Shown here one piece after another: positions 54,641-64,000 of a DNA stretch of 64,000 nucleotides; positions within the stretch are counted from its first letter, which is position 1; each line of letters opens with the position of its first letter. Origin of the DNA: Eledone cirrhosa (lineage: Eukaryota). Location: the NCBI GenBank assembly GCA_964016885.1, contig OZ024741.1, positions 401,016,001-401,080,000 of the forward strand. The letters are read 5' to 3'. The notes below the pieces were generated by a model. That model saw only the letters and a program-made list of their open reading frames with translations, ran no database searches and was not told the DNA's origin. A program made the translations under genes and the position numbers.

Positions 54641-54787
54641 ATCATCACCATTTTACGTTCGCTTTTCCCTACTTGCAAGGGTGGGACGGGTCCTATTCAG
54701 CACAGCATCTCTCCACTTGTCACGGTCCTTTGCCATCTCCTCCATGAGCTTCAGCAATCTGTGGTCTGCTCTCACCACCTCTGCTCA
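54641..54787 (-). mobile_element. 3'-terminal remnant of an RTE-clade LINE (about 150 bp) with decayed (GAT)n tail
   Basis: Minus strand 54784->54653 reads AEVVRADHRLLKLMEEMAKDRDKWRDAVLNRTRPTLASREKRT*, preceded by TGA where W would be expected, then AATGGTGATGAT. The W-x-E-x-V-x2-D ... A-x-DR-x2-WR pattern and short-repeat tail are typical of RTE ORF C-termini (recalled, not searched). Confidence 0.7.
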
Positions 54788-54943
54788 TTGATTTTGGATT
54801 CGTAGAAACTTATCATGGATATGGCATATTACCCCTCGATACAGTCCAGGTTTGTTATTTAACCTGATTATATTTTCGTTGTTTTGGCGAATTATGTGGC
54901 TATGCACCCTAGCCACAGTTTTCTATTTGTCACGCTATCTAAC

Positions 54944-57102
54944 CGTCTCTCGAACACGGACGCCGAGTTCTGCGAAAGACCGATCACGGACACTGAGATA
55001 CGGGACGCTCTGGGCCGCTGCGGGAAACGCAAGTCACCCGGTCTAGATGGTCTACCCTGTGAGTTTTACATTGGCATGCCGGACTTGTTCTCTGGCGTCC
55101 TCGAAGCCGTCTACTGCAATTGGCAGCAGAACGGGAGAATTCCCAGTTCTGCAGGCAAGGGCGTAGTAACGCTGATCAGGAAAGACGAGAACAAGGGGGA
55201 CGAAATTAACAACTTCAGGCCCATAACTCTGCTCAACACAGAGTTAAAGATTTTGGCCAAGGTGCTAGCGACGAGGTTGGCGCTTGTCGTCGAGAACCTG
55301 GTAGGGAAAGCGCAAACGTGTGCAATCCCGACCAGGTCCATACACGACAACCTCCACCTCATGCGATACATCATAGAGAGGGTGGGTAGTAAACCCGGCT
55401 TCGGTGGGGCTCTGATCAACTTGGATCAGTCTAAGGCATTCGATAGGGTCGACCATCGATACTTGGAAGCGGTTCTCAAGGCGGCCGGTTTCGGTCCCGT
55501 GTTCAGAGGATGGATCGAGGCGATGCACACCAGCATTGCTCGAGGGTCAAGGTGAACGGCTACCTATCGGAGCCGTTCGCAATCACGCGTTCCATTCGAC
55601 AGGGATGCCCTCTCTCCTCCATTCTGTATGTATTGACTCTAGAGCCACTACTGCGGAAATTGGAGCTGTTGCAGGGCATCCCCCTAGAACCGTGACTGCG
55701 CAAAGCGGCGTCGGCTTATGCCGACGACGTGACAGTAATGGTGTCGAGCACCTCGGAAATCGGGGTGATCGGCAACATACTGAAAGAATACGAAACGCTG
55801 ACGGGAGCAAAACTAAACCCAGACAAGTCTGTCGGTTTGCAACTCGGTACGTGGAGAGGCAAACCGATGACATCCGACAGCGTCGTTGGACGCTGGACGG
55901 ACGGACCGGTGAAATTGTTCGGGGTCTGGTTCGGTCCAGACCTCCAGGTGGAGAAAAACTGGAACGAGGTCACGGCCAAGGTGTTTGCACTCACTCAGAA
56001 GTGGGCAGAGTGCAAACTGTCCTTGAAAGGTCGAGCGGAGGTGGCGAACACTTTCATAGCGTCCGTCATCTACTACCGCTTGACTGTCGTGCCTTGTCCC
56101 CGTGAATACCTCGCCAAGATGGAACGCATGCTCTTCCAGTTTCTGTGGAAGAAGCAGGCTCCGCTGGTGAGGAGATCCGTCTGCTGTCAGCACCCTTCCA
56201 ACGGAGGGCTGGGAATGCCGTGGCTGATGATGCGCAAACATGCGCTGAGGCTGCAGCATCTCCAGGTATTCCTCACCGACCCCCAACCGGTGTGGGCACC
56301 GTTTGTGAGACAGGCTTTCCCACAGCTCGTCTCGCTAACGGAGCTGCAGTCCTGGGTGAAGAAAAGACCGAAAACGATGGGCGCCTGGCACATTGAATGC
56401 GCTCAGGCGCTCACAGTCCTCTGGCAAGCGGGCGCAGCAATCAGTGGATACTCCACTTCGACATTCTATAGAGGGATTGTACGTTACAAGGGCGACGACG
56501 TGCTCGGAGAGACTTTGGGCGTCGAAGACGATGAGCTCACCAGTATGTTTGGTAGGACTTTCCGCCCGGGACCTATGGACAACTTCCAGAGGTCCCTGGC
56601 CTGGCAGTGCTACCGAGGAGCTCTACCGGTTCGTGACAAGATCGACAGGCACGGACGCCCTGGCAGGGATCCTTCCAAGAGGACGTGTCCAAGATGTGCG
56701 CAGGACATTGAAACAGTTCTGCACGCAATTGTACACTGCCCGGGCGTAAGCGACCTGTGGAACTATGCAGAACAACTGCTGTCGCGTATGGGACAAATAC
56801 AGTTGACTGCCGAATCCATAGTAAGGATCAAACCGCCAGACTCTTTCAAGAACGAAAGAGAGGCGGTTTTCCTCTGTACGGTGGCTATGGTGAAAGAAGT
56901 TATATGGTGGACGAGGTTGAGAGGACTGAGGACAGATGCCTTTCTCTCCGGACAACAATTGATTCCATTCTTTAAGTATCACTTTAGAAGGAGAATCAGG
57001 GTGGAGAGAGAGGCACTGCACCCCAGTAAATTTACTGAAAGGTGGGTGAATGAAGCGAAAATGGCCCGAGTGATTGGTCCTTCTCTGTTTATAAGCCTGT
57101 AG
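54944..57102 (+). pseudogene. Disrupted ORF2 (reverse transcriptase) of LINE copy 2
   Basis: Three ORF-track pieces (54884-55555, 55510-55695, 55729-57102) join into one RT: 1-nt loss near 55536-55538 (ATT[T]GCTCG would restore SICSRVKVNG) and an in-frame TGA at 55693-55695; YADD at 55717-55728 is in frame with the downstream ORF; CX2CX8HX4C at 56686-56739. Confidence 0.92.
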
Positions 57103-57326
57103 GTTGAGGAAGAGAGCAAAAGGAAGAAAGGAGCACTTGCACAACACGCTCCTTAAGTTGAGGGTTGTTCTATCGACGGGGTATTAAACAACACATTTGT
57201 GGCGCCTCCCCCCTATTGGGGATTTCGATTGTTGAAATTGTTTGTTTTTATAATTTTTACACGACTGTATGTAAAATCCCCGGCATGTCTTTGTATTGTC
57301 CCCTTTCTTGTTGCGCCCTTGTGGCT

Positions 57327-57332
57327 AATAAA
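57327..57332 (+). promoter_or_regulatory. AATAAA polyadenylation-signal-like hexamer at the LINE copy 2 3' end
   Basis: GTGGCT-AATAAA-GAAAT-CAATAT; equivalent to 48908-48913. No poly(A) follows. Confidence 0.6.
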
Positions 57333-57337
57333 GAAAT

Positions 57338-60300
57338 CAATATTATAACAATATGACCCTCCCCAAACAGTGAGTGTGCTTTACTATTTTTGGCAATATT
57401 ATAACAATATGACTCTCCTTAAACAGTGAGTGTGTTTTACTATTTTTGGCAATATTAGGGCAACATGACCCTCCCCAAACAGTGAGTGTCTTTTACTATT
57501 TTTGGCAATATTATGACAATATGACCCTACACAAACAGTGAGTGTTTTTTACTATTTTTGGCAATATTATAACAATATGACTCTCCGCAACTAGTGAGAG
57601 TGTTTTACTATTCTTGGCAATATTATAATAATATGACGCTACCCAAACAGTGAGCGTGTTTTACTATTTTTGGCAATATTATAACAATATGACCCTCCCC
57701 AAACAGTGAGTTTGTTTTACTATTTTTCGCAATATTATAACAATATGACTCTTCCCAAACAGTGAGTGTGTTTTACTATTTTTGGTTATGTTATAACAAT
57801 ATGACTCTCCCTAAACAGTGAGTGTGTTTTACTATTTTTGGCAATATTATAACAGTGTGACCCTCCCCAAACAGTGAGTGTGTTTTACTATTTTTGGCAA
57901 TATTATAACAATAGGACCCTCCCCAAACAGTGAGTGTGTTTTACTATTTTTGGCAATATTAGGGCAACATGACCCTCCCCAAACAGTGAGTGTGTTTTAC
58001 TATTTTTGGCAATATTATAACAGTATGACCCTCCCCAAACAGTGAGTGTGTTTAACTATTTTTTGCAATATAATAACAATATGACCCTCCCCAAACAGTG
58101 AGTGTGTTTTACTATTTTTGGCAATATTATAACAATATAACCCTACCCAAACAGTGAGTGTGTTTTACTATTTTTGGCAATATTATAACAATATGACCCT
58201 CCCCAAACAGTGAGTTTGTTTTACTATTTTTGGTAATATTATAACAATATGACCCTCCCCAAACAGTGAGTGTGTTTTACTATTTTTGGCAATATTATAA
58301 CCATATGACCCTCCCCAAACAGTGAGTGTGTTTTAGTATTTTTGGCAATATTAAAATATGACGCTACCCAAACAGTGAGTGTGTTTTACTATTTTTGGCA
58401 ATATTATAACAATATGACCCTCCCCAAACAGTGAGTGTGTTTAACTATTTTTTGCATTATAATAACAATATGACCCTCCCCAAACAGTGAGTGTGTTTTA
58501 CTATTTTTGGCAATATTATAACAATATGACCCTCCCCAAACAGTGAGTGTGTTTTAGTATTTTTGGCAATATTATAACAATATAACCCTCCCCAAACAGT
58601 GAGTGTGTTTTACTATTTTTGGCAATATTATAACAATAGGACCCTCCCCAAACAGTGAGTTTGTTTTACTATTTTTCGCAATATTATAACAATATGACCC
58701 TCCCCAAACAGTGAGTTTGTTTTACTATTTTTGGCAATATTATAACAATATGACCCTCCCCAAACAGTGAGTGTGTTTTACTATTTTTGGCAATATTATA
58801 ACCATATGACCCTCCCCAAACAGTGAGTGTGTTTTAGTATTTTTGGCAATATTATAACAATATAACCCTCCCCAAACAGTGAGTGTGTTTTACTATTTTG
58901 GCAATATTAGGGCAACATGACCCTCCCCAAACAGTCACTGTCTTTTACTATTTTTGGCAATATTATGACAATATGACCCTACACAAACAGTGAGTGTTTT
59001 TTACTATTTTTGGCAATATTATAACAATATGACTCCGCAACTAGTGAGAGTGTTTTACTATTCTTGGCAATATTATAATTATATGACGCTACCCAAACAG
59101 TGAGTGTGTTTTACTATTTTTGGCAATATTATAACAATATGACCCTCCCCAAACAGTGAGTTTGTTTTACTATTTTTCGCAATATTATAACAATATGACT
59201 CTCCCCAAACAGTGAGTGTGTTTTACTATTTTTGGCAATATTATAAAAGTATGACCCTCCCCAAACAGTGAGTGTGTTTTACTATTTTTGGCAATATTAT
59301 AACAATAGGACCCTCCCCAAACAGTGAGTGTGTTTTACTATTTTTGGCAATATTATAACAATATGACCCTCCCCAAACAGTGAGTGTGCTTTACTATTTT
59401 TGGCAATATTATAACAATATGACTCTCCGCAACTAGTGAGAGTGTTTTACTATTCTTGGCAATATTAGGGCAACATGACCCTCCCCAAACAGTGAATGTG
59501 TTTTACTATTTTTGGCAATATTATAACAATATGACCCTCCCCAATCAGTGAGTGTGTTTAACTATTTTTTGCAATATAATAACAATATGACCCTCCACAA
59601 ACAGTGAGTGTGTTTTAGTATTTTTGGCAATATTAAAATATGACGCTACCCAAACAGTGAGTGTGTTTTACTATTTTTGGCAATATTATAACAATATGAC
59701 CCTCCCCAAACAGTGAGTGTGTTTAACTATTTTTTGCATTATAATAACAATATGACCCTCCCCAAACAGTGAGTGTGTTTTACTATTTTTGGCAATATTA
59801 TAACAATATGACCCTACCCAAACAGTGAGTGTGTTTTACTATTTTTGGCAATATTATAACAATATGACCCTCCCCAAACAGTGAGAGTGTTTTACTATTC
59901 TTGGCAATATTAGGGCAAGATGACCCTCCCCAAACAGTGAATGTGTTTTACTATTTTTGGCAATATTATAACAATATGACCCTCCCCAATCAGTGAGTGT
60001 GTTCAAATATTTTTGGCAATATAATAACAATATGACCCTCCACAAACAGTGAGTGTGTTTTAGTATTTTTGGCAATATTAAAATATGACGCTACCCAAAC
60101 AGTGAGTGTGTTTTACTATTTTTGGCAATATTATAACAATATGACCCTCCCCAAACAGTGAGTTTGTTTTACTATTTTTCGCAATATTATAACAATATGA
60201 CTCTCTCCAAACAGTGAGTGTGTTTTACTATTTTTGGTTATATTATAACAATATGACTCTCCCCAAACAGTGAGTGTGTTTTACTATTTTTGGCAATATT

Positions 60301-63300
60301 ATAACAGTATGACCCTCCCCAAACAGTGAGTGTGTTTAACTATTTTTTGCAATATAATAACAATATGACCCTCCCCAAACAGTGAGTGTGTTTTAGTATT
60401 TTTGGCAATATTATAACAATATGACCCTCCCCAAACATGAGTGTGTTTTACTATTTTTCACAATATTATATCAATATGACTCTCCCCAACCAGTGAGTGT
60501 GTTTTACAATTTTTGGAAATATTACAACAATATGACCCTCCCCAAACGGTGAGCGTGCTATACTATTTTTGGCAATATTATAACAATATGACTCTCCGCA
60601 ACCAGTGAGTTTTTTTTACTATTTTTGGCAATATTATAACAGTATGACCCTCCCCAAACAGTGAGTGTGTTTAACTATTTTTTGCAATATAAAAACAATA
60701 TGACCCTCCCCAAACAGTGAGTGTGTTTTACTATTTTTGGCAATATTATAACAATATGACCCCCCCCAATCAGTGAGTGTGTTTAACTATTTTTTGCAAT
60801 ATAATAACAATATGACCCTCCACAAACAGTGAGTGTGTTTTAGTATTTTTGGCAATATTATAATAATATGACGCTACCCAAACAGTGAGTGTGTTTTACT
60901 ATTTTTGGCAATATTATAACAATATGACCCACCCCAAACAGTGAGTTTGTTTTACTATTTTTCGCAATATTATAACAATATGACTCTCCCCAAACAGTGA
61001 GTGTGCTTTACTATTTTTGGTTATATTATAACAATATGACTCTCCCCAAACAGTGAGTGTGTTTTACTATTTTTGGCAATATTATAACAGTATGACCCTC
61101 CCCAAACAGTGAGTGTGTTTAACTATTTTTTGCAATATAATAACAATATGACCCTCCCCAAACAGTGAGTGTGTTTTACTATTTTTGGCAATATTATAAC
61201 AATATGACCCTACCCAAACAGTGAGTGTGTTTTACTATTTTTGGCAATATTATAACAATATGACCCTCCCCAAACAGTGAGTTTGTTTTACTATTTTTGG
61301 CAATATTATAACCATATGACCCTCCCCAAACAGTGAGTGTGTTTTAGTATTTTTGGCAATATTATAACAATATAACCCTCCCCAAACAGTGAGTGTGTTT
61401 TACTATTTTTGGCAATACTATAACAACATGACCCTCCCCAAACAGTGAGTGTCTTTTAGTATTTTTGGCAATATTATGACAATATGACCCTACACAAACA
61501 GTGAGTGTTTTTTACTATTTGTGGCAATATTATAACAATATGACTCTCCGCAACTAGTGAGAGTGTTTTACTATTCTTGGCAATATTATAATAATATGAC
61601 GCTACCCAAACAGTGAGTGTGTTTTACTATTTTTGGCAATATTATAACAATATGACCCTCCCCAAACAGTGAGTTTGTTTTACTATTTTTCGCAATATTA
61701 TAACAATACGACTCTTCCCAAACAGTGAGTGTGTTTTACTATTTTTGGTTATATTATAACAATATGACTCTCCCCAAACAATGAGTGTGTTTTACTATTT
61801 TTGGCAATATTATAACAGTATGACCCTCCCCAAACAGTGAGTGTGTTTTACTATTTTTGGCAATATTATAACAATAGGACCCTCCCCAAACAGTGAGTGT
61901 GTTTTACTATTTTTGGCAATATTATAACAATATGACCCTCCCCAAACAGTGGGTGTGCTTTACTATTTTTGGCAATATTATAACAATATGACTCTCCGCA
62001 ACTAGTGAGAGTGTTTTACTATTCTTGGCAATATTAGGGCAACATGACCCTCCCCAAACAGGGAACGTGTTTTTGGCAATATTATAACAATAGGACCCTC
62101 CCCAATCAGTGAGTGTGTTTAACTATTTTTTGCAATATAATAACAATATGACCCTCCACAAACAGTGAGTGTGTTTTAGTATTTTTGGCAATATTAAAAT
62201 ATGACGCTACCCAAACAGTGAGTGTGTTTTGCTATTTTTGGCAATATTATAACAATATGACCCTCCCCAAACAGTGAGTTTGTTTTACTATTTTTCGTAA
62301 TATTATAACAATATGACTCTCCCCAAACAGTGAGTGTGTTTTACTATTTTTGGTTATATTATAACATTATGACTCTCCCCAAACAGTGAGTGTGTTTTAC
62401 TATTTTTGGCAATATTATAACAGTATGACCCTCCCCAAACAGTGAGTGTGTTTAACTATTTTTTGCAATATAATAACAATATGACCCTCCCCAAACAGTG
62501 AGTGTGTTTTAGTATTTTTGGCAATATTATAACAATATGACCCTCCCCAAACATGAGTGTATTTTACTATTTTTCACAATATTATATCAATATGACTCTC
62601 CCCAACCAGTGAGTGTGTTTTACTATTTTTGGCAATATTAGGGCAACATGACCCTCCCCAAACAGTGAGTGTGTTTTACTATTTTTGGCAATATTATAAC
62701 AATATGACCTTCCCCAAACAGTGAGTGTGTTTAACTATTTTTTGCAATATAATAACAATATGACCCTCCCCAAACAGTGAGTGTGTTTTACTATTTTTTG
62801 CAATATAATAACAATATGACCCTCCCCAAACAGTGAGTGTGTTTTACTATTTTTGGCAATATTAGGGCAACATGACCCTCGCCAAACAGTGAGTGTGTTT
62901 TATTATTTTTGGCAATATTATAACAATATGACCCTCCCCAAAGGGTGAGCGTGTTTTACTATTTTTGGCAATATTATGACAATATGACCCTCCCCAAACA
63001 GTGAGTTTCTTTTACTATTTTTCGCACTATTATAACAATATGACTCTCCCCAAACAGTGAGTGTGTTTTACTATTTATGGTTATATTATAACAATATGAC
63101 ACCCCAAACAGTGAGTGTGTTTTACTATTTTTGGCAATATTATAACAGTATGACCCTCCCCAAACAGTGAGTGTGTTTAACTATTTTTTGCAATATAATA
63201 ACAATATGACCCTCCCCAAACAGTGAGTGTGTTTTACTATTTTTGGCAATATTAGAACAATATGACCCTATCCAAACAGTGAGTGTGTTTTACTATTTTT

Positions 63301-64000
63301 GGCAATATTATAACAATATGACCCTCCCCAAACAGTGAGTTTGCTTTACTATTTTTGGCAATATTATAACAATATGACCCTCCCCAAACAGTGTGTGTGT
63401 TTTACTTGTTTTCGCAATATTATAATAATATGACTCTCCCCAAACAGTGAGTGTGTTTTACTATTTTTGGCAATATTAGGGCAACATGACCCTCCCCAAA
63501 CAGTGAGTGTCTTTTACTATTTTTGGCAATATTATAACAATATGACCCTCCCCAAACGGTGAGCGTGTTTTACTATTTTGGCAATATTATAACAATATGA
63601 CCCTACACAAACAGTGAGTGTTTTTTACTATTTTTGGCAATATTATAACAATATGACCCTCCCCAAACAGTGAGTGTGTTTTACTATTTTGGGAAATATT
63701 ATAACCATATGACCCTCCCCAAACAGTGAGTGTGTTTTACTATTTTTCGCAATATTATAACAATATGTCCCTACACAAACAGTGAGTATGTTTTACTATT
63801 TTTGGCAATATTATAACCATATGACCCTCCCCAAACAGTGAGTTTGTTTTACTATTTTTGGCAATATTATAACAATATGACTCTCCCCAAACAGTGAGTG
63901 TGTTTTAGTATTTTTGGCAATATTATAACAATATAACCCTCCCCAAACAGTGAGTGTGTGTTACTATTTTTAGCAATATTATAACAATAGGACCCTCCCC
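57338..64000 (-). repeat. 56-bp satellite array in inverted orientation (right arm), about 119 monomers; runs off the right edge
   Basis: CAATATTATAACAATATGACCCTCCCCAAACAGTGAGTGTGTTTTACTATTTTTGG is the reverse complement of the left-arm consensus. Confidence 0.98.

Larger units (their letters stand above)
54944..57341 (+). mobile_element. 5'-truncated non-LTR retrotransposon, L1/Tx1 clade (copy 2, about 2.4 kb: RT, zinc knuckle, 3' UTR)
   Basis: GC-rich coding sequence starts near RLSNTDAEFCERPIT; RT motifs KSPGLDG, FRPITLLN, DQSKAFDRV, RQGCPLS, YADD; CCHC knuckle; about 240-bp 3' UTR. 5' boundary uncertain by about 30 bp. No ORF1 or endonuclease domain present. Confidence 0.94.

Noticed and set aside
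55693-55695. In-frame TGA in the RT as programmed readthrough or alternative genetic code
   Set aside because: The same copy has a frameshift and 5' truncation, so a post-insertion nonsense mutation is simpler; copy 1 does not cover this position.
54944-57102. Telomerase, retron, DGR or group II intron reverse transcriptase
   Set aside because: KSPGxDG, RQGCPLS, YADD, C-terminal CX2CX8HX4C, 3' UTR with AATAAA and 5' truncation all fit an L1/Tx1 non-LTR element.
47519-57341. The two LINE copies as LTRs or ends of one composite element
   Set aside because: The repeat is ORF2 C-terminus plus 3' UTR of a non-LTR element, lacks TG...CA ends, PBS and gag/integrase, and the copies have different 5' truncation points.
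47478-57356. Alternative-frame and antisense ORFs in the LINE copies and UTR ORFs (48746, 57165)
   Set aside because: Shadows of GC-rich RT coding sequence or non-ATG UTR frames running into repeats; no recognisable motifs.

Overview
Eukaryotic (animal-like) heterochromatin-type DNA with no supportable host gene. Layout: (1) 1-42568, about 770 tandem copies of a 56-bp AT-rich satellite with nested multi-kb higher-order repeats; (2) 42569-54371, an unrelated 18/20-bp (TG/TC)-rich minisatellite interrupted at 47519-48922 by a 5'-truncated Tx1/L1-clade LINE; (3) 54372-54943, about 570 bp of non-tandem DNA holding a short RTE-like LINE 3' remnant on the minus strand; (4) about 54944-57341, a longer 5'-truncated copy of the same Tx1-like LINE (RT with YADD, CCHC knuckle, one frameshift, one stop), about 98.7% identical to the first by manual count; (5) 57338-64000, the 56-bp satellite again but in opposite orientation and with different variants. 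Main lead: both LINE copies lack a poly(A) tail and end ...AATAAAGAAAT directly on CAATAT in two unrelated tandem repeats, with an unoccupied paralogous site at 52169. This suggests a satellite-targeting or tail-target-primed Tx1 family, but rests on only two insertions. Nearly all ORF-track entries are repeat artefacts. All counts and offsets were made by eye and need alignment to confirm.
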